Positions 9,916 through 18,676 of a DNA stretch of 64,000 nucleotides are shown here, in pieces. A program made the translations under genes and the position numbers. How positions within the stretch are numbered: position 1 is the first letter of the stretch; each line of letters starts with the position of its first letter. Source of the stretch: Myxococcota bacterium (GTDB lineage: Bacteria; Myxococcota_A; UBA796; SXON01); contig JAZKFH010000013.1 of NCBI GenBank assembly GCA_040386535.1, forward strand, positions 514,827-578,826. Direction: 5' to 3'. Below the pieces are notes generated by a model. The model was not told the origin of the DNA. It saw nothing but the letters and a program-made list of their open reading frames with translations, and searched no databases.

Positions 9916-10701
9916 GAGATCGCCGAGCACGTCCGCGAGCGCCGTGCCCTGCGGATCGGCCAGCTCCACGCGCGTAGGGAGCGCGATCGTGGCCGCGCGC
10001 GCGACGTCGTCTCCCAGCCGCGCGGCGATGTCCGCGATGGCGATGGCCGCGCGCACCGAGGCGCCGCGGCGAAAGCGCGGGTCCGTGCGGGTGGCGCGTG
10101 TGAGGGCCACGGCCTCGTCGATGACCGCGGCGCTGGGCGCGCAGCGGGTGTCCTGCGTGACGATGGCGATCTCGTCGGCCTCGGACTGGTAGTCGAGCCG
10201 CACCAGCTCGAAACGATCGAGCAGCGCCTCGGAGAGCGCAGCGGTGGCGACGAACTCCGCCGGGTTCTGCGTGGCGACGACCGCGAAGCCGGGCGCCGCG
10301 ACGACCTCGCCGAGCTGCGGCACGACCACGCGGCCCTCGTCCATCGCGGGGAGCAGCACGTTCTGCACGCCCTCCGGCATCCGGTTGAGCTCGTTCACGA
10401 ACAAGACCGCGCCCTCGCGCATGGCGCGCACGAGCGGCCCGGCGAGGAAGTGTTCGGGGCGGTAGCCGGCGGCGAGCACGGCGGGCGGATCGAACGCGCC
10501 CACCAGCCGCGCCTCGGTGTACCGGCCGTCCCCGTCGACACGCACGAAGCCTCTCCCCAACGCCTGGCACAACGCGTGCGCGAGCGCCGTCTTGCCGACG
10601 CCAACGGGGCCCTCGAGCAGCACGTGCCGGCCGGCGTCGAGGCAGGCGCGGAGCGACTCGGTCTCCGTGGCGCGGCCGACGATGTGGGGGAGGGGAGCCA
10701 C
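9877..10701 (-). CDS. MoxR/CbbQ-like AAA+ ATPase
   Basis: Walker A GPVGVGKT, Walker B-like LFVNELNR, ATQNP, LLDRF, GASVR; GTG start assumed at 10701. Confidence 0.88.
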   Translation of the reverse strand: MAPLPHIVGRATETESLRACLDAGRHVLLEGPVGVGKTALAHALCQALGRGFVRVDGDGRYTEARLVGAFDPPAVLAAGYRPEHFLAGPLVRAMREGAVLFVNELNRMPEGVQNVLLPAMDEGRVVVPQLGEVVAAPGFAVVATQNPAEFVATAALSEALLDRFELVRLDYQSEADEIAIVTQDTRCAPSAAVIDEAVALTRATRTDPRFRRGASVRAAIAIADIAARLGDDVARAATIALPTRVELADPQGTALADVLGDLKKKLSAMSPAAR

Positions 10702-10784
10702 GCCGCTGCTTAGCCCAAAAGCACGAACGCCGCGCCCTGGGGAGGACGCGGCGTGGGGGGGCGCAGCGCGGCGCCGATGCCGGC

Positions 10785-11498
10785 TTAGCGGCGGGTGAGC
10801 CGCATGAGCAGGGACAGGATGTTCCAGAACAGCACCAACAGGCCCATCGAGATCGTGTAGGCGCCCTCGATGTGCATGTCGGTGTCGTACTCGTGGATCA
10901 CCTTGTTGAGCTGGTACACGAGCCCGGCCGCGGAGATGAGCACGAACACGGCCGACATGACGATGCCGAGCGTACCGCCGATGAAGCTCGGGAACGCGAA
11001 GCTGACGGCCATGAGGATCAGCATCGGGATGGACATCGCCGAGAGGCCCGCGCCGATGAGCGAGAAGTCCTTCTTGCTGGTCCACACGTAGGCGGCCATG
11101 CCGAGGCCCGTGAAGCCCGTGAGCCCCATCGCGAGCGCGATGAGCGTGAAGGGGTTGCCGAGCGCCGCCGCGGAGGCGTAGGCCGCCACGAGGAGGAGAA
11201 AACCCATCGCGACGCCCTGCGCGGCGGTGCCGAGCACGAAGCCGACCGCCTTGGGACCCTTGAACACCATCGGCTGCGCCACGAAGTTGCTGACGGCCCA
11301 CATCGCGAGGATGACGATCATCGGGAGGTAGCCCGACAACATGGAGGGCACCATCGCGAGGCCGATGGACGTGCCGATGCCGGTGACGCTGGCGATCCCG
11401 AGCCCCGCGACGGTGAGGCCGAGGGTCTTCCGGAGGTAGTCGTTGCGCTCGGACACCGAGGCCCGGGAGACCGGGACGCTCATGGAGGGAAAGGCCAT
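10785..11498 (-). CDS. Bax inhibitor-1/YccA family membrane protein
   Basis: About 7 TM segments, YLRKT, KKDFS, C-terminal LFWNILSLL; AAGGAG RBS before ATG 11498. Confidence 0.85.
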   Translation of the reverse strand: MAFPSMSVPVSRASVSERNDYLRKTLGLTVAGLGIASVTGIGTSIGLAMVPSMLSGYLPMIVILAMWAVSNFVAQPMVFKGPKAVGFVLGTAAQGVAMGFLLLVAAYASAAALGNPFTLIALAMGLTGFTGLGMAAYVWTSKKDFSLIGAGLSAMSIPMLILMAVSFAFPSFIGGTLGIVMSAVFVLISAAGLVYQLNKVIHEYDTDMHIEGAYTISMGLLVLFWNILSLLMRLTRR

Positions 11499-11616
11499 GT
11501 CTGGCTCCTTGGTATGCGTAGAGGGTCGAAGCGTAGCCACCCGGCCGCGGGCGTAAAGGACAAACGACGGATTCGGACACGAATCCCCCGGTCCTGCGCG
11601 GATTCGCACCGTTCTG

Positions 11617-13242
11617 TCAGACGCTGATCGCGCCTTCCCGGAACGACGACGAGCCGATCTTCACGTTCACCAGGGCGGGTTTGCCGCTGTCCAGCGCGCG
11701 TTGGATCGCCGGGTGGATGTCCTCCGGGCGCTCGACGTACTCGCCGTGGCCACCCAGGGCCTCGACCATGCGCTCGTAGTGCGTGAACGCGAGCCCGGTC
11801 GCGGGCGTGCGTTTCTCTCCGAAGAGCTGGGACTGGCCGCGGCGGATCTGGGTCCACGCGGCGTCGTTCCCCATGACGCCGACGATGGGGATGCCCTGGC
11901 GGGCGGCGGCCTCGAACTCCATGCCGTTCAGGCCGAACGAACCGTCCCCGTAGATGATGATCGCGGGGTCCGCCGGGCGCGCGAGCTTGGCCGCGATGGC
12001 GAAGCTGGGGCCCACGCCGAGGGTGCCGAGGGGGCCTGGATCCATCCAGTGGCCGGGGCGCCACACGTCGACCACCTTGGCGGCGGTGCCGACGATGTCC
12101 CCGCCGTCACACACGACGGTCGTGGTCTCGGTGATGGAGCGCGCCAGCTCCTTCGAGAAGCGCAGGGGGTTGATGGGGACGCTGTCGCTGTTGAGCTCGG
12201 CCTGCATCTTCGCGACGCGGCTGTCCTCGAGGGCGCGCACCTGCGTGATCCACGCCGCGCCCGCGCGCCGCCCGGCCTGGGCGAGCTGCTGCATCACGAG
12301 CCCGGTGTCCCCGACGATGCCGACCTGGGCGCCGCGGTTGTGCCCGATCACGTCGGGATCGAGGTCGACCTGGATGACCTTCGTGCCGGGCGCGATGTCC
12401 TGGCCGTAGCCGAGCCGGAAGTCCCACGGGGTGCCGAAGATCACGATCGCGTCGGCGTTCTGAAGGGCCTTGCCCCGGCAGAGGCGGAAGAAGCGCGGGT
12501 CGTCCGGGCGGATGGCGCCGCGGGCGCCGCCGTTGAGGAACACCGGGAGGTCGTACGCCGACAGGAACTCCTGGATGGCGGCCCGGTAGGGGCTGAACCA
12601 CCACTGGGTGCCCACCACGGCGACGGGCCGCTCGGCCTTGGACAGGATGTCCGCCGCGGCCTGGATGCCCGCGGGATCCCCGCCGGCCACGTGGCGCGTG
12701 CGGTAATCCGTCGGGATCGTGAGGCCGTTCGTGTCCTCCATGTTCATCAGCACGTCGAGCGGCATCTCGAGGAACACAGGGCCGGGAACGCCGGTCGTGG
12801 CCTTGCGGAAGGCGGTGGCGAGGAAATCGGGGATCCGCCGGGTCTCCGGGACGGTCACGCTCCACTTCGTGATGCTGCGCATCAGCGTCACGTGGTCCAT
12901 CTCCTGGAGGCTGCCCATGCCCGAGAAGAAGCGCGGGCCCTGCCCGCCGATGAGGACCATCGGCACGCCGCCGCGCATGGCGTTGGCGGCGGCGGTGACG
13001 GCGTCGGTCACGCCGGGGCCCGCGGTCACCAGCGCGACGCCGGGCTGCCCGGTGGCCCGCGCCCAACCTTCCGCGCAGTGCCCCGCGGCCTGCTCGTGGC
13101 GCAGATCGACGACCCGGATGCCCTCGTCCAGGCACCCGTCGTAGATGTGCTGGATGTGCCCGCCGCACAATGTGAACACATGGGACACGCCCTCACGGGC
13201 GAAGGCCTGGGCGACGAGGTTTCCACCATGGACGTGCGGCAC
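11617..13242 (-). CDS. TPP-dependent enzyme (acetolactate synthase-like / 2-hydroxyacyl-CoA lyase family)
   Basis: FTLCGGHI, RHEQAAG, TAGPGVT, GSLQE, MDPGPLGTLGVG, GDGSFG...GNDAAW TPP motif. Confidence 0.88.
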   Translation of the reverse strand: MPHVHGGNLVAQAFAREGVSHVFTLCGGHIQHIYDGCLDEGIRVVDLRHEQAAGHCAEGWARATGQPGVALVTAGPGVTDAVTAAANAMRGGVPMVLIGGQGPRFFSGMGSLQEMDHVTLMRSITKWSVTVPETRRIPDFLATAFRKATTGVPGPVFLEMPLDVLMNMEDTNGLTIPTDYRTRHVAGGDPAGIQAAADILSKAERPVAVVGTQWWFSPYRAAIQEFLSAYDLPVFLNGGARGAIRPDDPRFFRLCRGKALQNADAIVIFGTPWDFRLGYGQDIAPGTKVIQVDLDPDVIGHNRGAQVGIVGDTGLVMQQLAQAGRRAGAAWITQVRALEDSRVAKMQAELNSDSVPINPLRFSKELARSITETTTVVCDGGDIVGTAAKVVDVWRPGHWMDPGPLGTLGVGPSFAIAAKLARPADPAIIIYGDGSFGLNGMEFEAAARQGIPIVGVMGNDAAWTQIRRGQSQLFGEKRTPATGLAFTHYERMVEALGGHGEYVERPEDIHPAIQRALDSGKPALVNVKIGSSSFREGAISV

Positions 13243-13303
13243 GAGCGCTCCCGAATCGTCGCCTGCTAACCCGGCCTCCGGCGCGTAGCGAGGCCGGTTC
13301 GGA

Positions 13304-13341
13304 GTGCGCTCGGGGCGCGCTCGGGGTGCGCTCGGGGTGCG
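13304..13341. repeat. Intergenic 11-nt tandem repeat G(T/C)GCGCTCGGG x3.5
   Basis: Copies start at 13304, 13315, 13326, partial at 13337. Confidence 0.8.
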
Positions 13342-13427
13342 TAAGATGTTTCGCGCCTCCGGCTAAGCTGGGCGTCCGAAGCTGAATCCCAGCGGCGTTC
13401 CAGGTGCGCAAAATATTTCGCACCTCC
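13336..13427. promoter_or_regulatory. Two copies of a 25-nt dyad motif GGTGCG-N10-CGC(A/G)CC-TCC (putative regulator sites)
   Basis: 13336-13360 and 13403-13427 share 21/25 nt, each with inverted arms and an AT-rich core, between divergent genes. Confidence 0.6.
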
Positions 13428-13475
13428 TTACCGACTCAGTGGTCGGTTTGAGGTTCGGCGGCTATCGTCTGCTCG

Positions 13476-13979
13476 ATGTCGTTCTCCCGTCGAGCTTTAC
13501 TTTTCTCCGGCACCGCTGCGGCGGGCCTCACCGCGGTCGGGGTCCCGGTGTCTGTGCTCCCCGCGGCCGCCCCCGGCTTCCAGCTCCTCTCCGCGGGCGA
13601 GGTGTCGCTGGTCGCCGCCATCGGGGAGGCGTTCTTCCCTCCCGGCAGCGCGCTCGGGGTCGGCGCGGACGACGTGGATCTGCCGCTGCTGGTCGACGCG
13701 CTGATGGCGGAGGAGCTCGATCCCGTCGTGCAGCCCGTGTTCCGCTACCTCCTGCGCGCGGTCGACGCGGGCACGTTCGCCTCGCGCGGCGCCAGCTTCG
13801 CCTCGCTCTCGCTCCCGGACCGCCGCGCCGTGCTCGAAACGTGGTCGGACAACGCCATCTTCCCCCGGCGTGTCGCGCACGACGCGCTCAAGAGCGTTCT
13901 CGGCATGGCGTTCTTCAACGCGCCCGCGGTCACCGACCGCATCGGCTGGTCCCCCACTTGCCACGCGGCGGCTTCATGA
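13476..13979 (+). CDS. Tat-signal small subunit (gluconate 2-dehydrogenase subunit 3-like)
   Basis: SRRALL twin-arginine signal; FASLSLPDRRAVL and terminal IGW motifs; coupled to GMC gene. Confidence 0.7.
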   Translation: MSFSRRALLFSGTAAAGLTAVGVPVSVLPAAAPGFQLLSAGEVSLVAAIGEAFFPPGSALGVGADDVDLPLLVDALMAEELDPVVQPVFRYLLRAVDAGTFASRGASFASLSLPDRRAVLETWSDNAIFPRRVAHDALKSVLGMAFFNAPAVTDRIGWSPTCHAAAS

Positions 13980-15469
13980 AAGGCGGCTTTTTCGGCTTCG
14001 AGGCGTACCCCACGCACATGGACCTCGAGGCCGACGTGTGCGTCATCGGCTCGGGCGCTGGCGGCAGCGCCACCGCCGCGGCCCTGGCCGACCGGGGGCT
14101 GCGGGTCATCGTGCTGGAGGAGGGGCGCCGTTGGGCGCCGGAGCAGTTCCAGGGCCGCGCCCCGTGGGCGTTCAAGCACCTGTACGCGGGGCGGGGCACC
14201 CGGGCGACCCGCGGCAACTGCATCATCCCGCTCCCCGGCGGCCGCGGCGTGGGCGGCAGCACGCTCATCAACAGCGCCATCTGCTTCCGCACCCCCGCTC
14301 CGGTGCTGGCGGAGTGGCGCGACACGTATGGCTGCCACCACCTCAGCGACGAGTGGATGGGCGCGTGCTTCGACCGCATCTGGCGCACGATCGGGGTCAC
14401 GGTGAACCCGCCCGAGGTGCAGAAGAACAACAACCAGATCTTCAAGGAGGGGGCCGAGGCGCTCGGGCTCGACGGGGCGTGGATGGCGCGGTCCGCGCCG
14501 GGGTGCCAGGGCTGCGGCACCTGCCAACAGGGCTGCTCCACGGGCGGCAAGCTCTCGGTCGATCGCACCTTCCTCACCGAGGCCGTCCTGACCGGCCTCG
14601 TCGCCGTGCACGCGGATTGCCGGGTGGTGGGCGTCGAGACCGAGGGAGACCGCGTGATCGCGGTGACCGGTCGCACCGTGCGCCCCGGCAGCTACGAGGA
14701 CGACGGCACCTTCCGCGTGCGCGCCCGCGCCTTCGTCTCGAGCGCCGGCCCCATCGGCTCGCCGCGCTTCCTCCTGGCGAACGGCCTCTCCGACGGCCCG
14801 GTGGGCGCGAACCTGCACGTCCACCCCACCGCAGGCGTGGTCGCCAGGTTCGACCAGGAGATCGTGGCCTGGGAGGGCGTGACCCAGGGCTATTACGTCG
14901 ATTGTTGGAAGGAGGGCTACCTCCTCCAGACCTTCTCGATGCCGCCCGACCAGTACTTCGTCTCGTTCCCCCTCGTGGGCGACGAGATGCTCGCCTTCAT
15001 GCGGGATCTGCGTCACTACGCCTCGGCCGGGGTTGTCGTGCACGACGAGGACTCGAAGGGCTCGGTCACGGAGAGCTCGCTGCTCTATGACCTCGGGGAG
15101 CTCGACCGCACGCGCATCTTGGCGGGGTTGCGCGCCTCCGCGCGCGTGTTCTTCGCGGCCGGCGCGACCGAGGTCATCCCGGGGGTGCACGGAGTGGGCC
15201 GCATCCGGTCGGTCGACCAGATCGATCGGGTCCTGACCGACGACATTCCGGCGCACGACATCGGGCTCTACGCCAGCCACCCCATGGGCACCTGCCGCAT
15301 GGGGGACGATCCGGCGCGCTCCGTGGTCGACGCGGATGGGCGCGTGTGGGGGTGGAAGAACCTCCACGTGGCCGACGCGAGCGTGTTTCCCACGTCGCTC
15401 GGGGTCAACCCGCAGGTCACCGTGATGGCGCTGGGGCTCACCATCGGGCGGCAGGTGCTGGTGGGCTGA
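13976..15469 (+). CDS. GMC family FAD oxidoreductase
   Basis: IGSGAGG, GRGVGGSTLIN, C-x-x-C-x-x-C-x-x-x-C, HPMGTCRMG, ADASVFPTSLGVNP; ATGA overlap. Confidence 0.92.
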   Translation: MKGGFFGFEAYPTHMDLEADVCVIGSGAGGSATAAALADRGLRVIVLEEGRRWAPEQFQGRAPWAFKHLYAGRGTRATRGNCIIPLPGGRGVGGSTLINSAICFRTPAPVLAEWRDTYGCHHLSDEWMGACFDRIWRTIGVTVNPPEVQKNNNQIFKEGAEALGLDGAWMARSAPGCQGCGTCQQGCSTGGKLSVDRTFLTEAVLTGLVAVHADCRVVGVETEGDRVIAVTGRTVRPGSYEDDGTFRVRARAFVSSAGPIGSPRFLLANGLSDGPVGANLHVHPTAGVVARFDQEIVAWEGVTQGYYVDCWKEGYLLQTFSMPPDQYFVSFPLVGDEMLAFMRDLRHYASAGVVVHDEDSKGSVTESSLLYDLGELDRTRILAGLRASARVFFAAGATEVIPGVHGVGRIRSVDQIDRVLTDDIPAHDIGLYASHPMGTCRMGDDPARSVVDADGRVWGWKNLHVADASVFPTSLGVNPQVTVMALGLTIGRQVLVG

Positions 15470-15547
15470 TCGGGGGCGGGCGATCCGGCGGGGTTGCGAC
15501 CGCGCAAGCGCGACGCTACCTTTCGGCCCCTTTGAGGAGAGCCCCCC

Positions 15548-16156
15548 ATGCAGAAGAGCACGAACATCACCTGGCACGGCGCCATCGTGGACCCCAGCGA
15601 GCGGCAGCAGGTCGTCGGTCAGAAAGGCGCGGTGGTGTGGCTCACGGGGCTCTCCGCCTCGGGCAAGAGCACGCTCGCCCGGCGCGCGGAGCAGCTGCTC
15701 CTCGAGCGTGGCGCCATCGTCTACGTGCTCGACGGGGACAACATCCGCTTCGGCCTCAACAAGGACCTCGGCTTCTCCCCCGCGGACCGCACCGAGAACA
15801 TCCGCCGCATCGGCGAGGTCGCCAAGCTCTTCGCGGACGCGTGCGTCGTCACCCTGACCGCGTTCATCTCGCCCTACCGTGCCGATCGTGACGCCGTCCG
15901 CGCGCTCATGCCCGCCGACACGTTCATCGAGTGCTACGTCGAGGCCTCCGTCGAGACGTGTGAGGCCCGCGATCCGAAGGGCCTCTACAAGAAGGCACGC
16001 GCCGGCCAGATCCCCGAGTTCACCGGCATCTCCGCGCCCTACGAGGAGCCGCTCGCCGCCGAGCTGGTCCTCAACACGACGGCCAAGACGGTCGACGAGA
16101 GCGCGCAGGACCTGATCCGCTTCCTCGAAGAGAAGGGCTTCATCAAGGCCCTCTGA
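15548..16156 (+). CDS. cysC: Adenylyl-sulfate kinase
   Basis: WLTGLSASGKST, LDGDNIR, DRTENIRRIGEVA, RDPKGLY, FTGISAPYE. Confidence 0.97.
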   Translation: MQKSTNITWHGAIVDPSERQQVVGQKGAVVWLTGLSASGKSTLARRAEQLLLERGAIVYVLDGDNIRFGLNKDLGFSPADRTENIRRIGEVAKLFADACVVTLTAFISPYRADRDAVRALMPADTFIECYVEASVETCEARDPKGLYKKARAGQIPEFTGISAPYEEPLAAELVLNTTAKTVDESAQDLIRFLEEKGFIKAL

Positions 16157-16180
16157 TCTCCGTGGCGTGCGCCTGTCCTG

Positions 16181-16795
16181 CTAGCGGGGCAGGCGCTCGC
16201 ACAACGCCGTGAGGGCGTCGCTCCGGTGCGGGTAGGCGACGGTGCCGCCGCGCGCCACCAGGAGCACGGTCGTCTCGATGGCGCCGATGACGTTGGCGAA
16301 CACGAGATCGCTGCCCGTGCGTTCGAGCTGCGCGCGGGCGATGGCCTCGAGGGCCTCTGGCGTGAGGCCCGGCGCCCCCGCCTTGAAGCTCACGAGGAAC
16401 ACGTCGGGGGCCCACGTGCGGATCCGGTCGAGGATCTTGGGCGCCGGGCGGAAGCGCAGTACGAGCTCCGGGGCGCCGCTGGCGATCTTTGTCGCGAGCG
16501 GCTCGGCCTCGTAGTCGCCCACCGCGGCGGAGTGGATCACGACCGCGCGCGGGTGGGCCGTGATCCACGCCTCCATGCGGGACATCAGGTCCCGCGTGCC
16601 CATGAACTCCTCGGTGGAGAGCGTCGGGGGCGCGCGCAGGCAGGCCTCGGCGCTGCCGAGCAGGTGGACGTCGTGGGAGGTCGCGAGGCGCGCGGCCAGG
16701 GCGACGCCCGTGCGGCCGGTGGCGTGGGCGGAGAGGTACCGGATCGCGTCGATGGGGTTTCGCGTGGCGCCGGCGGTGAGGAGGAGGGGAGTCAC
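16181..16795 (-). CDS. Stand-alone CoaB-like (phosphopantothenate-cysteine ligase domain) protein
   Basis: TAGATRNPIDAIRY, HSAAVGDY, KIAS, PKIL, LVSFK, VFAN; no CoaC flavoprotein domain. Confidence 0.75.
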   Translation of the reverse strand: MTPLLLTAGATRNPIDAIRYLSAHATGRTGVALAARLATSHDVHLLGSAEACLRAPPTLSTEEFMGTRDLMSRMEAWITAHPRAVVIHSAAVGDYEAEPLATKIASGAPELVLRFRPAPKILDRIRTWAPDVFLVSFKAGAPGLTPEALEAIARAQLERTGSDLVFANVIGAIETTVLLVARGGTVAYPHRSDALTALCERLPR

Positions 16796-16841
16796 GGCTC
16801 TCTTCTATCTGCGCGCCGGTCCCGATGATACCGGGCCCCCG

Positions 16842-18575
16842 ATGCGACGGGTGGGCTTCGAGAGCGTGGCGGTGGGGGTGGTGGCCGCGGGGCTCACCCT
16901 CGCCTGGTTCGGGTTTCCGTCGGGAAACGTCGTGTGCGGGCCCGACGGCGCCGTGTTCGCGTGGCGGCTGAGCCACCTCCAGGCGGTGTGGGACGGCCGG
17001 GCGGCGCTCGGCCTTGACGGCACGGAGCCGGTGCCGCTGGCGGGCTGGACGTGGTCGGCGCTGGGCGTCCCGCTGGCGGCCGCGGTGGGCGTGGCGGCCA
17101 CCTGGAAGGCCCTGGCGGCCCTCGCGGTGGGCGCCGGGGCTTCGGCCCTCTGGGGGCTCTCCCGGGGCGCGGGTGTGCTCGGGGCGGGCCTTGCCACGCT
17201 CGTGGGGACGGTGCCGGTGGTGGCCGCGCACGGCTTCGCGGGCGGCGGGTTCGATCTCGCGGTCGTCCCGTTCGCGGCGCTGGCGCTCGCGCTGCTGCCG
17301 CGTCCAGAGCCTGGGGCGCGTGTGCTCGGCGCGGCCGCGGTGCTCGCCTGCGCGGCCTGTGACGCGCGCACGGGCGTGATCCTGGGCGTGGCCGCGGCCG
17401 TGGCGGGCGGCGGGGGATGGGCCCTGCTCGCGGCGCTCGTCGCGTCGGGCACGGGGGTGGCCGCCGCCGCTTCGGCGGGGGTGCTCGATCCGGTGGACAT
17501 CACCGCGCCGTTCGTCACGTTGCGCGCCGACGCCCTCGCGCCCGGGCTCGCGGCGTTGGCGGGGGCGCTCTGGGTGGTCGGCGACCGTGGGCTTCGCCGC
17601 GCCGCGGCCGTCGGGTTCGTGTGCGCGCTCGGGCCGGTGCTCTCGGCGTTCGGGGATCCACTCACGGTCGGCGGCGCGGCGATTCCGCTCCCGGCCGCGA
17701 TCCTGGCGGCGTTCGCGCCTTCGGGCGAGGGCTGGGCGGGCGGGCTGGTGGTCGCCGCCGTCGCGGTGGCGCTGGGGCTCGGGAGGCTCGCGCAGCCGCG
17801 GTGGGCCCTGCTCCTGGCGCCGTTGGCGCTCCTCGAGGCCCACGCCGCCGCGGTCGGCGGGCCGCTCCCGCCCGCGAGGACGGCGTGCCTCGCCCTGGAT
17901 GTGCCCGTGGCCGTCCGCGCCCTCGGCGAGCGCGAAGGGGGCGTGCTCAACCTCCCGATCGAGGCCACCTCGGCGGGCCGCCCGGTCGGTGGAACGCCCG
18001 GCGCTCACGCGCTCTACCTGTTCCAGCGCTCCGTCCACGGGCGCCGCCTCGCGACGGGGCCCGCCCCGCTCGGCGCGGCCGACCCGCTCTACGGCGAGCC
18101 GGCGGTCGTGCTGTCGCTCGACACGGGGAGTGGCGGCGGGTGGCTGATGCCGCCGACGCGCCCCGGCGAGGTGCTCCGCGGGCTCGGGGTGACCGAGATC
18201 GTGGTCCACCGCTCCTTGTTCGCACCACAGGCGCTCGCGGTCGTCGATCCCGTGTTCTACAAGCTCTACGGGGCGCCTCAGCGCGATCACGCGGGCAACG
18301 TCGACCTGTACCGTGTCCCGGTCGCCGGGCCGACCCGCCCGCCGACGCCCGAGACCCTCCACCCCCTCGACGGCCCCCCCACGAACGGGTGGCTCGGCAT
18401 CGCCGCGTACCTCGCGGGTCTCGATCCGGTCGCCGTCGGCCCGGGCCTTTCGTCGGCTGAGCCGCCGGTGCTCGGCGCGGCCGCGGAGGGTGCCGACGCC
18501 GGTGCCGCCGACGCGCGTGCGGGCAGGGTGCGCCCGGCGACCCCACGGAAGCCGCCCAAGCGCGCGCCCCGGTAA
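16842..18575 (+). CDS. Hypothetical polytopic membrane protein (possibly GT-C/YfhO-like)
   Basis: Many hydrophobic segments followed by soluble domain with YLFQRSVHG and LRGLGVTEIVVH; start uncertain. Confidence 0.55.
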   Translation: MRRVGFESVAVGVVAAGLTLAWFGFPSGNVVCGPDGAVFAWRLSHLQAVWDGRAALGLDGTEPVPLAGWTWSALGVPLAAAVGVAATWKALAALAVGAGASALWGLSRGAGVLGAGLATLVGTVPVVAAHGFAGGGFDLAVVPFAALALALLPRPEPGARVLGAAAVLACAACDARTGVILGVAAAVAGGGGWALLAALVASGTGVAAAASAGVLDPVDITAPFVTLRADALAPGLAALAGALWVVGDRGLRRAAAVGFVCALGPVLSAFGDPLTVGGAAIPLPAAILAAFAPSGEGWAGGLVVAAVAVALGLGRLAQPRWALLLAPLALLEAHAAAVGGPLPPARTACLALDVPVAVRALGEREGGVLNLPIEATSAGRPVGGTPGAHALYLFQRSVHGRRLATGPAPLGAADPLYGEPAVVLSLDTGSGGGWLMPPTRPGEVLRGLGVTEIVVHRSLFAPQALAVVDPVFYKLYGAPQRDHAGNVDLYRVPVAGPTRPPTPETLHPLDGPPTNGWLGIAAYLAGLDPVAVGPGLSSAEPPVLGAAAEGADAGAADARAGRVRPATPRKPPKRAPR

Positions 18576-18676
18576 CGGCGAGGAGTCCGGCAAAGGCACG
18601 GATCCACGCCGATCTTCGATCCGTCGAGCCCCCGTTCGTGCGAGGATCGGATTACGAAGCGGACAAAGGAAGGCAG

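Noticed and set aside
13304..13427. Possible CRISPR array or iterons
   Set aside because: Only two long copies, no series of unique spacers, and no cas or rep genes
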